From assembly GCA_001606155.1 (NCBI GenBank), contig LODT01000042.1:79758-143757 (forward strand): 64,000 bases of DNA, read 5' to 3'. Each line of letters opens with the position of its first letter. The first letter of the stretch is position 1. The notes under the pieces are model-generated. The model had not been told where the DNA came from. It saw only the letters and a program-made list of their open reading frames with translations, and ran no database searches. Origin of the DNA: Tieghemostelium lacteum (lineage: Eukaryota). The translations under genes and the position numbers were made by a program. Of this stretch, positions 42,930 to 56,543 are shown piece by piece.

Positions 42930-45707
42930 ATGATTTTAAATCTATTCAAACAAAATAAATTCAGTAGTAGTAATTTAAATTATTATTTCAAAAGACACTA
43001 TACATCGGTGATTACACCACTGAACCAGAACCCACCAACCATCAGTAATGTCAGAAACATATTTTTAGATTATTTTGAAAAGAATAGACATCAGAGGGTT
43101 GACTCATCTCCTTTGATACCTGACAGTAACGACAAGACACTGTTGTTTACGAATGCCGGTATGGTGCAATTCAAGAACCAGTTTACAGGTATAGAAGAAC
43201 CAAAATACAAACTGGCAACCACTGTTCAAAAGTGTGTTAGAGCTGGTGGAAAACATAATGATTTGGAAAATGTAGGTTACACTGCACGACATCACACATT
43301 CTTTGAGATGTTAGGTAACTTTTCATTTGGAGGTTACCAAGATGCTAAAAGAGATTCCATTAAATTAGCTTGGGATCTGTTGACGAATCACTATAACTTG
43401 CCTAAAGAAAGACTTTTGGTTACTGTTTTGGAAGGTGATGAAGAAGCTGCTGACATATGGAGAGATGAAATTGGTGTGCCTTCAGAGAAGGTCTTGTACA
43501 AGGGCAAGGAAGATAACTTCTGGTCTATGGGTGATGGACCTGGTCCTTGTGGACCTTGCTCTGAGATCTTCTGGGACTATGGAGAGGGGCAGGAAGTGGA
43601 TGGTGAACGATATTTAGAGATTTGGAATCTGGTGTTTATGCAATACCAGAGAACTGCTGATGGAAATCTAGTCCCTCTACCAAAGATTGCAGTGGATACT
43701 GGTATGGGTCTAGAGAGAATGACATCGGTTTTACAAGGTAAAAAGACAAATTACGAAATTTGTCTTTTTAGAAATTTAATTGATCAATTTAAACAGTCTA
43801 TTCCTAATCAAACTGACAGTGGTAATAGCGTAATGTTGGATAAAACAGAGACATCTTGTAGAGTTATAATTGACCATTTGAGATCTATATCATTCTTGAT
43901 TAGTGATGGTGTTATACCTGTAAATGTTGGAAGAGGCTATGTTTTGAGAAAGATTATTAGACGTGCTTTATCCTATGGTATGATACTAGGGTTTCATGAA
44001 CCTTTCTTATATGGATTAGTACCCATGTTGGTACAGGAGATGGGTGATGCCTATCCACAGTTGAGAGAAAGATCTAAAGAGATTCAAAATGTCATTAGAA
44101 ATGAGGAATTGACATTTTATCAGGCAATTCAAAGAGGTATACCTCTGTTGAAGGAGTATATTGCCAATGGACAGTTGAATGAAGATAAAGTGTTTCATCT
44201 ATATCATACCTTTGGTCTGCCTTTGGAGATCTCCGAAGTCATTTCCAAACAGAACCAAATACAATTAGACTGGGACAAGGTAACAAAGTTAATTGACAAC
44301 ACCAGAGACCTATCAAGATCTTCAAGTCAAGTTGGTGGATCTCAAGCAGGGGCCATTGCAGTTCCTGATGAGGTTTTAAAATGGAAAAATGATAAAATAT
44401 TTCAACCAAAGTTCAGTGGGTATATTGATTACCATCTAGATAGCCAATCAGTCATTGGAAAATCTTATATCAATACCTCTGATCATTTGGTATATCTGTC
44501 ACTTTCCAATTCTAGTTTTTATGGAAATTCTGGTGGACAAGTTGGAGATACTGGTGTAATTGTCAGCAATGGCAGAAAATACCAGGTTGTAAATACCATA
44601 AAACCATATGACCAATCACTGGTACTTGTAGTCCAAATTGACCCTATGGTGCAATTGTACAGTGATATTGAAAAGGATCTTAGTGAGGGTACTTCTGTAA
44701 TTAGTACTATTAACCTACAGGCTAGAAAGCAAACTACCATTCACCATACTGCAACTCATTTACTCCACAGCGCGCTGAAAGAAGTTCTTGGAAAGACAGT
44801 AAACCAAGCAGGTTCTTTTGTGGGTCCTGAACTCCTCAGATTTGATTTTACACACACTAGTAAACTCACTCCAAAACAAATTCAGCAAATTGAGGATTGG
44901 GTAAACCATTCCATTGCAAAGGATATACGATTACATACTCAAGAAATACCATACAGTGAAGCATCAAAATCCGATGCCATTCAACTTTTTAGTGAAAAAT
45001 ATGCAGATTTAGTTAGAGTTGTTCAAGTACCTGGATTCTCTAAGGAGCTTTGTGGAGGTACACATGTATCGAGTACTGGTGAAATTGGACATTTTAAAAT
45101 AATCTCAGAAGGCAGTATAGCAGCAGGTACTAGAAGAATTGAAGCTGTGGCTGGTAGAGCTTATACTAAATGGTTGGAGGCCTACTTTAAATCAGTTCAA
45201 ACTCTTTCTGATAAATACCAATTCCCTCTACAATCACTAGAGAAATCCTATGAGAAACTTGTACAGCAAACCAAAGACCAAGAAAAACAAATTCAAGAAT
45301 TAAATCTAAAAGTTGCATTACTTACAGCCTCTTCAAATCAAGGTAAAATCATGAACCAAGATTGCTTTGTTCACTATGTAGATTGTGAAGACAAAAAAAC
45401 ATTGGCAACACTGGCTGGTAACCTATCTAAATGTTCACCAGAACACACTCACATCATTGTAACACCATCGCTAAAGTTGATGCTGTCCAAAGGTAACAGC
45501 CAGTGCAGTGGTACTGATCATTCTGCAGATATACTATTAAAAGATTTATTAAAATCCATTGGAAAAGGTAAAGGTGGTGGAGGTAAACAAATTGCACATG
45601 CATCCTTTGGTGAGCAAACATTGTCTCCTGTTGAATTGTTAAATGAAATTTATAAATCTACAAACTGTCTTGAATGCAACAAAAAACCATTCATCTTGAA
45701 CCTCTAG
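42930..45707 (+). CDS. Alanyl-tRNA synthetase, 925 aa. It has an N-terminal presequence-like extension, so it is probably the mitochondrial isoform.
   Basis: Class II AlaRS motifs FTNAGMVQFKNQF, HHTFFEMLGNFSFGGYQ, ALSYGMILGF. Editing-domain motif HTATHLLHSALKEVLG ... CGGTHV. C-terminal DHHA1-like region. The N-terminal MILNLFKQNKFSSSNLNYYFKRHYTSVITPL is basic and hydroxylated, like a mitochondrial targeting peptide. Confidence 0.9.
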   Translation: MILNLFKQNKFSSSNLNYYFKRHYTSVITPLNQNPPTISNVRNIFLDYFEKNRHQRVDSSPLIPDSNDKTLLFTNAGMVQFKNQFTGIEEPKYKLATTVQKCVRAGGKHNDLENVGYTARHHTFFEMLGNFSFGGYQDAKRDSIKLAWDLLTNHYNLPKERLLVTVLEGDEEAADIWRDEIGVPSEKVLYKGKEDNFWSMGDGPGPCGPCSEIFWDYGEGQEVDGERYLEIWNLVFMQYQRTADGNLVPLPKIAVDTGMGLERMTSVLQGKKTNYEICLFRNLIDQFKQSIPNQTDSGNSVMLDKTETSCRVIIDHLRSISFLISDGVIPVNVGRGYVLRKIIRRALSYGMILGFHEPFLYGLVPMLVQEMGDAYPQLRERSKEIQNVIRNEELTFYQAIQRGIPLLKEYIANGQLNEDKVFHLYHTFGLPLEISEVISKQNQIQLDWDKVTKLIDNTRDLSRSSSQVGGSQAGAIAVPDEVLKWKNDKIFQPKFSGYIDYHLDSQSVIGKSYINTSDHLVYLSLSNSSFYGNSGGQVGDTGVIVSNGRKYQVVNTIKPYDQSLVLVVQIDPMVQLYSDIEKDLSEGTSVISTINLQARKQTTIHHTATHLLHSALKEVLGKTVNQAGSFVGPELLRFDFTHTSKLTPKQIQQIEDWVNHSIAKDIRLHTQEIPYSEASKSDAIQLFSEKYADLVRVVQVPGFSKELCGGTHVSSTGEIGHFKIISEGSIAAGTRRIEAVAGRAYTKWLEAYFKSVQTLSDKYQFPLQSLEKSYEKLVQQTKDQEKQIQELNLKVALLTASSNQGKIMNQDCFVHYVDCEDKKTLATLAGNLSKCSPEHTHIIVTPSLKLMLSKGNSQCSGTDHSADILLKDLLKSIGKGKGGGGKQIAHASFGEQTLSPVELLNEIYKSTNCLECNKKPFILNL

Positions 45708-46071
45708 AAACTCAAAATAAAATAATTTTGATTATTGTAAAATTTTCTTTACTTGTTGTAAAAATACTAAAGCACAATACACATACAATATAGGACCAAA
45801 CACAGGAAAATCTAGAAATTTAAAAAATGTCACTATTATCCCACAACTAAAAGCACAACAACATTTAAACCAATAATTAAATTCTACATATTTGTTAGTT
45901 TAAATTGATATATATTTAATATGGTATTACTATTTAGACATATCCATCTAGGTATGGGGTAATTTGAATAGTTTTGAAGAAATGATTTAATAGACTGTAC
46001 CATAGACATCTATATTGGTAAAAAGTTGAGAAATTTAGAAAAAACAATAATCAACGTTGGTTTTATAAATT

Positions 46072-46782
46072 TTGATTTTTGTTTTTTTGATTGACCACAT
46101 CGGAGAAATATTTATAAAAAATATGACAGAACCACAACTCTATAAATTAAATTCAAGTCATGCAGAAAAAATTATATATATAAATACAAAATCATTTGAA
46201 AAAGATCCATATGTAAATTATATGTACTATGAAATTACAAATGAAGCAGAAAAGTTACAATTTAATAGATATCTTCAAGGTGCATTTGTAAATCAAACAA
46301 TTGATTATGATTCTAGTTATTCATTGGGTGAAGATATTCAAACTATGGCACTGTTACTGCCACCTCATAAACCATGGCCTGAAGATCGTTGGGAAGAGTT
46401 TACTAAACATCAAGAAAAGGAATTATTATCTAGAGGTCTAACTACAACATTTGAGAGATTTGTTCAATTGGAAGAATTTCTCTCTGAAAAGTTTTGTCAA
46501 TTCAATGCCATTGAGGGTTACTATTTATTGATTTTATCAACTGATCATAGATTCCAAGGTAAAGGTTTGGGATCAAAAATGTTAAATCAACTCTTTAAGA
46601 TATTTGATGCTGAACAAAAGAGTTGTTATCTTGAATGTACTAGTTTGTATATGGTTCCTTTTTATCAAAAGCATGGATTTAAAATACTGGGTCAAGATAT
46701 GTTGCCTAAAGTTGGTGACATACCCGATGATAAATTAGTAAAAATTACATTTCTTAGAAGAGATCCTGAACCTTTACAATAA
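46072..46782 (+). CDS. GNAT-family N-acetyltransferase, 236 aa.
   Basis: Motif A: YYLLILSTDHRFQGKGLGSKMLNQL (R/Q-x-x-G-x-G/A). Motif B-like: YLECTSLYMVPFYQKHGFK. Confidence 0.55.
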   Translation: MIFVFLIDHIGEIFIKNMTEPQLYKLNSSHAEKIIYINTKSFEKDPYVNYMYYEITNEAEKLQFNRYLQGAFVNQTIDYDSSYSLGEDIQTMALLLPPHKPWPEDRWEEFTKHQEKELLSRGLTTTFERFVQLEEFLSEKFCQFNAIEGYYLLILSTDHRFQGKGLGSKMLNQLFKIFDAEQKSCYLECTSLYMVPFYQKHGFKILGQDMLPKVGDIPDDKLVKITFLRRDPEPLQ

Positions 46783-46829
46783 CGAATAAATATATATATA
46801 CACGCGCATTCGTTATAATATAGGTTAAT

Positions 46830-49336
46830 TTATTTAATTTGGGTTTGATATATTGTTTCTTCTTTTATTGGTTCTCTAGGGTATTTATCAAATACCATTA
46901 ACCATGCAAAGAATATCAGTATTCCAACAGTTGCATATACAAATATAATCTCTCTGGGTGTCATTAAAAACTCATCTAACATTACACCACACATTAGTTT
47001 CGATGTGATATTGAATACTGTCAGAATACCAAATTCAAATGAAAATACTCTACCTCTGACTTGGTTAGGTAGAAGTTGTTGTAAAATAGATGAACTGTAT
47101 AACCAAAGTATACATGTAGACGATGATCTGAGCGTATTAAATATCAAATAGAATGGTAAACTATTTGAAGAAAATCCTAAACAATAAGTACATACAAACT
47201 GTAAAAACTAAATTTCAAATAATTAATATTATTTTCATGAAACAATTAAAACATAAAGATACTTACGAATCCAAATTTCAATATTGCATTATGATTCTTT
47301 GGTAAATCTTTTACAATTCTTGCAAATAGGAATGGAATGAGGGTTATACCTAGACCCCCACTAGCCAGTATGATACCAAGACTCAATGAGGAATCATGTC
47401 CAATTTTAAAATTAGTTTCAGCAATTCTAATGTGGATTGTGTCTATACCACACCATACTGCTGCACCACTAGCCTTTACAAATGTCATTGCAAATACATA
47501 TTTGTTATCAGAAAGAAATTGAAATCCTTTTTTATACATTCCAAAGTACTCTGAAACCACTTGTTTAAAAGGTTTAGGTTCTTCAACAACCTTTGGAATT
47601 GGTTCTAGTTCTATATGACCTTGTGCCCTCTCACTATCCAAGGCATCCAATGGTATGGGTTGATGTTGTTTGTATCTTGGATTAATCTCCAAAATTGATT
47701 TAGTTCTGAGATATAAACTAAATACAAAAACTGCAGATAAAATATATGTAAAGCAGTCTATTATAAAATTTACATTGGTGCCTAGTGAATAGCTTATTAC
47801 ACCACCTAGAGATGCTCCAATTAACATCATAGTTGAATAAGTGGATTGGTCAACAGCATTGGCAGTTATGATATCTTCTTGTGGTACTAAACTAGGTAAC
47901 AAAGCTGATTTGGCAGGTTGAAAGAACGAACCTACAGAAAACTGTATAAACGCAATGAGATAGAGTAACCATATTTTAGATTGAGATTGTATTAGTAGAA
48001 ATAGTAGCACAACTATCGCCCTAACAATATCAGCAGTAATCATTATAAATCTTCTATCAAAGCTATCAGAGACCACACCAGTCAATGCTTGTAAAAGGAA
48101 TGGTGGTGATTCTCTAAGTACCAAGAAAACAGATATCATTATACCACTGACTTCGTATCTTGTCAGTAATGTCAAACATGCCAACTCATTAAACCAATCG
48201 CCCATCAATGATATCATTGCTGACAACCAATATAACAGATAATTTCCATTTTTGGCTAATAAATGGTAATATGGTGTACAGCAATTAAATGATTTAATGT
48301 CATTCATTGAGTATCCATCTTCATCTATAAAATTATCTAATATTCTATTACTATTCTCTCGTCTAGGTTGTTGTTGTTGATGTTGGTATTGTCTTTGTCT
48401 TTTCTTTTTTGGGTGTGGTTGTGCTGTTTTTTCAAATGGGTTTCTTTGGGGGTGTGGTGCATTGATTTTTTTGTGTTTGATATTGTGATGCGCTTTGGTT
48501 AGAACAATGGCTCGCTTACATTGTTCATTGTCATCTTCAGAAGAGTCTGAAGCTTCCTGTAGTTGATGTGGTTTATCAGCTAGTAATATTGCATTTCCCA
48601 AATTGGGTGGATGTTGATGATCCAAATCAGACTCATCAAAGTAATTGTCATAGTCATATTCCTTCTCTGAAACTTGTATCTCTTCTTGATGGAATGGATG
48701 ACTAAACAATACATGTGAAGGATCATCGTGATGTATTGTATGTCTTGGAGCACCTTCTATAGAAATCTCCAAAACACCATCACTGTAATATCCCTGTGTT
48801 ATCTCTAATTGACTTTTGTTTCTCTTTAGAGGTGGAGGGGGATGATATGATCCAGTCTCCGACACCACCGATCTCTCAGATGCTGTTGAAGACTGTAAAA
48901 AATGAACCTGGTTACTATGAAGTGGTGATTTTGTAGGTGTTGTAGTTATGCTAATTGGTGGAGTAACTATTATCTGTGTATTTGAAGGTGATATTTGAGG
49001 TGTAGTAAATGTATTTTCAATTTCTTTTTTATCTATATCTTCAATGTTTAAAAGTGGAGTTTTTATGTGTTTATGGGTTGTATCCTGGTCAATATTTTCT
49101 GTGCTTAAAATGGGTACAGTTTGTAATTCTAATTCATCATAATCATCAACTGAGATACTATGTGATGATTGTTTGATTTCAGAAATATCATTTTTATCAA
49201 ATTGTGATGGTTGATTGTCAGACAGTGACAAACTATCTGAACTGTCCCTATGACCTTGATCAATGGGTAATAGTTGATCGTGAATTGTGGATTCTTCTTG
49301 ATTTAATCCATCTTCTGTTTCGTCAAAATTAATCAT
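46830..49336 (-). CDS. Major-facilitator-superfamily transporter with a roughly 350-aa low-complexity hydrophilic N-terminal extension. Two exons: join(46830..47207, 47267..49336).
   Basis: Upstream exon ends ...LKFGF|GTAAGT. A 59-nt intron ends in aaatttAG (an alternative AG lies 9 nt further on, also in frame). The downstream exon FLQFVCTYCLGFSSNSLPFYLIFNTLRSS... continues in frame into ORF 46830..47147. Typical MFS helices are present (LYWLSAMISLMGDWFNELACLTLL, GVVSDSFDRRFIMI). Confidence 0.65.
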
Positions 49337-49884
49337 TATCTTTTGACATAAAGTGAGATATTATAAAATAAATAAACAATGTTATGAGGTGGTAATTATT
49401 ATTCCACTTTTTTTAATAATTTTTTTTATTTTTTAGAACCCGAATCGCAATTATAAGCTAAAAATAAACACTTCGTTTTTTTAACATTGTTTAAACAACA
49501 CACAAAACTAGTATTATATAATTAATTTAAATTATTTATTTATATTAGAAATGATTTTTTCATATGTAAGGTTTTGTCACTTCAGAAAATGATGTCATTT
49601 CTTGTTTCATCAATATCTTATTTTTGAAGCACAAAGACTTTCCAACCATCCAAAAATTAATTTAAAAAAAAAAAAATTAAAAATATTTGTAAAATTTAAT
49701 AATATCGCCACTTCAGACACCCCGACATAAAAAATATAACAATGAGTTATTATGATTATAATTGCATTGTATGTATTAGAGATTTTGGAATTTTTGAGTG
49801 TTAGATGATAGACAAACAGAATGTTAATGTATCGATAATGATTGAGAATAGGTTGTACTGCCAAATGGTAAATCTATATACCTG

Positions 49885-50815
49885 ATGGTCCAGCAAGACA
49901 CTTCAGTACTACAACTAAAGAATTTAATATTAAAATCAGCATTGGGAGGTGTAGATACTGAATTTGGATCCAATTCATCTGTTGATAGATTTCAGTTATC
50001 AACAAGTACAGACAGTTCACAGATTATAAAGGCAGTGAATTGGACCAGAGTTGTAAATATAGATATTGTAAAGAAAATGTTTCCCCATGGTTTAGTAGTA
50101 TCCATTGCAAAATCAAATGGAGCTACTACCAATAACAATACGAATAATAGTAATATTCTGAAATTCTATGTGATACTTCAGAGTGTTCCTACAACGCTTT
50201 TGCAGACCACTGTAGGAACATCTCCTACACCATTAGGCGGCATAAACAAAGCCAATAAGGCATCAGTAGCAGAACTAAAACACAGTTTTAATACAAAATT
50301 TGAAAAACATCTACAGAATCAAAAGTCATTTGTAAAAAAGAACAGTACTGATAATCTAAACAACTATAATAACTCAAATGGAAGACTAGAGAGACTTGTA
50401 GAAAAAGAGATTTCAGTAACTTCAAATAACGCACCTAGACCACAACTTAGAAAATCTACATCCAATTCCAATCTACAAGATATTTCCTATTTCAAAGAAA
50501 TGGTAAAGAATCAAACTAAACCAGTAGCACATGATAATTCACCTTTAGTAAACTATACCAATAATAACAACTACAATAACAACAATAACAACTATTTTAG
50601 TAACAATAGTAAACAAATAATACAACCAAATGTTCCAGGTCAATTAATCTATCAACCTACATCCAAACCAACTATATCTTCCAAATCCACATTAGAATAT
50701 AGACCAAATTCACCATCACCTGTACAAATTAAACCAAGATCAGATTCATTGCAAACTAAACCTACCTATTCAAATACTAGTTCTCAAAATATCTATTATT
50801 CACCACCACCACAGC

Positions 50816-50853
<38 letters not shown>

Positions 50854-53800
50854 AGTTATTATTCACCACCTCAACCTCAACAACAAATTTCAACACCTCC
50901 AATAACAGTTTCACCACAGCAACCAGTTACACATAAAATTGATGATTTTTTGAATATGGAAGAATTGGAAAAGAAATTGGAACAAATTCCAGATACTAAT
51001 CATGCTCCTATAATGAGAAAGAGATCTTCATCATTTTCATTTTCATCACCAACCTCATTGATACCAACATTTACAAATTTGTTGAGTGGTAATACATCTC
51101 AACAACAACAGCAACAACAACCAAATAATTATTCTACTTATGGTGGTGTTAATCAATATCCTATATCACCTAGACTACAGACAAGACCAGAATCTATAAC
51201 ACCACATTTTATGTCATTTAAACGACAGTCATTGAGTGACCCTATCATTATCAGTGGTGAATTGTACAAAAAGAATAGAAAAATGTCATTGGTAAACTCT
51301 TGGAAAAAGAGATATTTTATATTAACTAGCCAGAAATTGATTTACTCTGCAACTCATTCGGATAGACCTATCAAAGAGTTGTTACTATCTGACTTTGTTT
51401 TGAATATCGGTGGTGACATTACTAGTAAATACTATTGTTTCTCACTGGTTACCAATTCGACACTTAACCAGAACAGCTATACCTTTGGTACTGAGGATGA
51501 AAATCAAAGAAAAGAGTGGATCATTGCAATTAACATTGCATCGAAGACACTTAATACCAGTATTGATACAGTTGCATTAGAGCTCATTCCAATACCTCTA
51601 AAGAAACCTATGGAATCCGATACACAATACCACAAGAAAATGCCATCTGAAATTCGTGTACATAATCAGTCACAAGAAATTAATCTATTTCGTCTAAAGA
51701 TGATCAAGTTATTCAAATTGACTAGTCAATGGACTATAAAATCTGATCATTTATATTCTGAATATGGACCTTCTGCACCACCTTCAATGTCCTCTAGAGT
51801 CAACAGTAACAGTAGTAGCAGTAGTACCAGTAGTTCAAGTTCTTTGAAATTGAATAACTTCTATACCAGTCCAACTACCAATAACACCGTAGGCTCTGTA
51901 ATGTCAGTTGGAATCAGTTCATCACCATCCTCAATACAAAGTGATTACATTAAACTTTTAATCATTCACAATGGACTGAATATTAAAATCAAAACTAGTT
52001 TGAATCAAACAGTAGAGACGCTGTTTAACATCCGACCTGATTTATTTAATAACGCACCATTGAATTGGGGTCTCATGGTACTAGGTTCAGGAGAATACAT
52101 CTTCAATCACACCTTAAAACTCCATGAAATATCCTATATACAAAAATGTAAAAGATTCAAAAAGACACCAAAATTCACAACTATTGAATTCCAAAACTAT
52201 GTTAAATTGTTTCAAGTTAATACTATGAAACCTAAAGATTGGACTGATTTCCAGTCTACGATGCACCAATTTGAAGAACTGGATCTGACTACAGGATACA
52301 TTGTCAGAGGAAGAAAATCACTTCCACATGGAGTTGAAAAAACTAAATTGGTTCTTAACATTCTATCATGTTCCAACTTGAAACCCATTCTTTCAAAATA
52401 TTACCCTGCCAATATGATCCCAAAAATACCGGTATTTGTAGAGATACAAGTTCTCTATGGTGAAGATCTGTTGGCAAAGTCTAAAACCACATCACAAACA
52501 CTTCCATGTGAATGGAATGAACAACTGTACATTGATATCAATTTGGTAGATTTCCCCAAAGAATGTGTATTTTTAGTCAGCGTCTATTCCAAGCCGATAT
52601 CATCCGAACAGATACTGTTGGCTCAGTATCCTCACCAGTTCTTGACATTTGACAATAAGAAAGTGTTAACTAATGAGTTTGATATTCTACTCTTCCCCAT
52701 ACCACAAAAGAGTGCATTGAATAACCTTATTGTTGAACAACCTGTACAAATGCAACAGAACAATGTTGCCTATGCTCATCAGTCTATTCAACAGCATCCA
52801 ACAGACATTATACTCAAAGTCAAGATACCAGGGTTCCCCAACCAATCTGTATACTTTGAAGACCCTGAGTATGTCAGAGGTAACTACTCCAATCCACAAC
52901 TACCAAATGAAAATGAAAAACAGTTTATTCTCAGTCTCTTAAGAGTTCCCAGATCCCATCCTAACGAAAAAGAAAAATCACTGTTATGGAAATACCGATA
53001 CTATATAAGAGACCAAGTACCCAATCTCTTACCTACTCTGTTGTATAGATACAGCATGTTGACATTTACCTCAAAGACAGAGGTTTATGAAGTACTTAGA
53101 GATTGGCCAGTGCTCGCACCTTCTTATGGTTTAGAACTCCTTTCTATGGACTACATTGACGAGAAGATTCGTGACAAGGGTATAGAATCTATCAATCAAT
53201 GGACAGACTCAGAACTATATTTGTACCTACCACAGATACTACAAGCTTTGAAATATGAGCCTAGTCACTACAGTTCATTGGTATGCTTCATTATGAAGAG
53301 ATCACTTTGTAACCCTTATAAAATAGGTCAACATGTATTCTGGTTGTGTTCCAATGAACTTACTTATGAACCACCTAAACCCTACCACCACGTCATTCGA
53401 TACAAACTACTAATGGAGGCTCTCTTAGAAGGTCTTTGTCTTACAAATTCCAATACCAATCAAAATGCACTTCCATTAGGTCAGTCACTTCTCCACCAGT
53501 ACCTTATGATTCAAATTCTCAAGCAAATCAACTTGGATATCATCAAAGAACCTGATAAGCAACAGGTTATCCTTGAGACTCGTTTGAAAGCACTCCCTAA
53601 CAAATTCACATTACCCACCCATCCATTGAATGAATTTAACTCATTTATCATTGAGGAGTGTAAAGTAAAAGACTCCAATGCAGCTCCACTGTGGCTTGTC
53701 TTCTCGTCTATCAATCCACAAGCAGATCCTATAAAAATTATTTTTAAAAAAGATGATGTTAGACCTGATGAACTGTGTCTACAGATATTCTCACTAATGG

Positions 53801-54471
53801 ACAAGATACTAAAAGTAAATAACCTGGATTGTCACTGGACTATATTCAAGTGTATGTCTGTTGGTCCTGGTCTGGGTCTCATTGAAGTTGTACCCAATTC
53901 AGTGACTCTTGCTGACTTTATGAGAGATACTATAAAGTATCCATCCATTGAGCAATGGCTCAGACAAAAAAACCAAGATGACACCACTCAGCAATATATA
54001 GATATTTTCTTGAAATCCTGTGCAGCTTACAGTGTTGCAACATTCATTCTGGGTATCTATGATAGACATAATGACAATCTAATGGTATCGGAAACTGGTC
54101 ACTTCTTCCACATTGATTTTGGATATTTCCTTGGTAAAGCCACTAAATTCCTTATATTTGAAAGAGAAACCACTCCATTCGTCCTAACAAAGAATATTGT
54201 ACAAATGCTTGGTAACAGAGAAGGTGAATTTAGAAATCTATGTTGTCAAATCTATAATATTCTTCGTAACAATTCCAGAGAACTTCTCAATTTAATTTCA
54301 ATGAATATTAAAAACCTAGGACAACAAGGTTTTGATTTGGTAAAAGACAGATTGAAATTAGAATTAACCTCTGAAGAGGCTGATAACTATTTCACCTCTC
54401 TTATTAAAGCTTCAAAATCCAATATAAGAGCTGAACTAAACAATGTCATTCATGTAATGGTACATCCATAA
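49885..54471 (+). CDS. Phosphatidylinositol 3-kinase, 1528 aa. It has an N-terminal low-complexity/polyQ region and a PH domain, then C2-like, PIK-helical and catalytic domains.
   Basis: Catalytic motifs GIYDRHNDNLMV and HIDFGYFLG. Activation loop and helical PIK domain (LWKYRYYIRD...). PH domain: SGELYKKNRKMSLVNSWKKRYFILTSQKLIYS...RKEWIIAINIA. (CAA)n polyQ at about 50806-50860. Confidence 0.85.
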
Positions 54472-54886
54472 AATATTTAAATAAACCAAACTTGATGACT
54501 GTATCATATCGTATTTATTATACCAACAAATGTGTGTTAATAGCATCAACTAGAGTACTAACAAAAGGAGTCTTATCTATTGTAAATGGTCCTTCACTGT
54601 ACTAATTTATATTAGCAATTGGAACTTCCTTTTGGCAAGATATTATAATATTTCAATTCCACCTATTAATTAAAGTTTCTTTAAGGATATGAATTCTGAT
54701 TTTTTTTTTTTGTCCAGTACGAATTTTTTTTCAGAGTTCTAAGAAGCACCAAAACCATTCCAAAACATTCACACCGAAACATCATTTTTTTGATTTCAAA
54801 TGAATGAAACCTATAAATACTTTTTAATTTATTTTTATTTTAATATCAAAGTAATTCAAAGTAATAGTAAATAATAATAATTAAAA

Positions 54887-55738
54887 ATGTCAAATATTGT
54901 AAATAATAATAAAGTATGGTTTATCAGTGGTACCTCCTCTGGAATTGGTTTAAATTTAGTACAAAAACTTTTATTAGATGGATATAAAGTTACAGCACTT
55001 ACTAGATCACCAGAGGAATTAGAAAAACAGGTATCAAAAGATAAACTTGATAATCTATTAGCAGTAAAGACTGATATCACCAGTGAAGCCAGTGTAAAAG
55101 ATGCTGTAGAAATGACAATTAAAAAGTTTGGTAGAATAGATATAGTTGTAAATAATGCTGGTTATGGTTTCTTGGGGGCAGTTGAAGAGAGTACTATAGA
55201 TGATTTTAAACAAAACTATGAAATTAATCTATTTGCTGTAATTAATATTGTTAAACAAGTTATGCCATATTTGCGTAGTCAAGGATCTGGTTTGATATTG
55301 AATGTAGCTTCATATGTTGCTTTTGCAGCACTTGTTGGCAACTATAGTGCTTATATTAGTAGTAAATTTGCATTGAATGGTTTCACAACTGCTTTAGATC
55401 AGGAGGTTTCTAAATTTGGTATCAGATCAGTGTTAGTATCCCCAGGTGGTTTCAGAACTAAATTTGTTGGTGGAAATCTTAAAGTACCAAAGAATCCAAT
55501 CCCTGAATACAAGACTACAGAATTAGGAGCATATTTCAACTCAGTTGATGGAACCCAAAATGGAGATCCTGAAAAAGCAGCCTTAGCATTCATTAAAATC
55601 TCTCAAAAAGATCCAAAAACCTTACCATCCAATATATTCTTTGGTTCAGATTCCTATCAAATTATGAAAGCTCAAATTGAGAAACTAACAAAGGAGCTTG
55701 AAGAAAATAAAGAATTAACCTTTTCTACTGACTTTTAA
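54887..55738 (+). CDS. Short-chain dehydrogenase/reductase (SDR family), 283 aa.
   Basis: Cofactor-binding motif ISGTSSGIGLNL. NNAG motif VVNNAGYG. Catalytic motif YSAYISSKFALNGF (YxxxK). Confidence 0.85.
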   Translation: MSNIVNNNKVWFISGTSSGIGLNLVQKLLLDGYKVTALTRSPEELEKQVSKDKLDNLLAVKTDITSEASVKDAVEMTIKKFGRIDIVVNNAGYGFLGAVEESTIDDFKQNYEINLFAVINIVKQVMPYLRSQGSGLILNVASYVAFAALVGNYSAYISSKFALNGFTTALDQEVSKFGIRSVLVSPGGFRTKFVGGNLKVPKNPIPEYKTTELGAYFNSVDGTQNGDPEKAALAFIKISQKDPKTLPSNIFFGSDSYQIMKAQIEKLTKELEENKELTFSTDF

Positions 55739-56543
55739 CAAAATGGAAGTTAACTCACATATCATAAACTAAATCAATATTAGTGTTTTTTTTATTTGGG
55801 ATCTCAATTTGAAAATTTTGATAAGTTATGTACAGATAAAAAGTCGATTTGAAATTATATCTGTTATTTTACTGAAGATAGTATAGATTGTTTATACAAT
55901 CAACTTGTGTATTGTGTGTGTGTTTGTGTTAAAAATGTGATTTGTGTAAAAAAAAAAGATTCTAATTTGTAAAATATCCTACTTCAACTAATGGTAACAA
56001 AAATAATATAAAAAGAATAAAAGAAAACTATTGGACGGTGATCGATAATTAGAGAGTGGCTTTAGCACAGATTCAAAGAAATAATTTGCAGATATTTCTG
56101 GATCAGTTGAAGAAAAAATACAAAAAAAATAAAAAATTTATTTTTATCTTTGCCTAAACTCCTTTTTTAAACTCTTAAGAAATCGATTGGTTTTCAATCC
56201 TTGAATTGTTTTATTAATTAATTAATAATTAATCAATGTTTATTAAGATTTCAATCGACATTACGCTCCAATTATCATTAATTACCCCATCAAAGATGAT
56301 TTGAAATCCAAACCATTTTTTAATCAGTTTTTGGTAGTATTGATCTACCTTACTGATTGGAAATTAATAAAGATATCATTCATATGTGAAAGAATCCACT
56401 TTATTTTCGACTTATAAATAGAATTTAGAAAAAGAAATCACATTAAATTTTTTTCTTTCTCTATATTATTTAATATTCTTAAACTTAATAATTATCTCTT
56501 TATTTATTTATTTAAATATATATTCAATTAACTGCCTAAAAAA

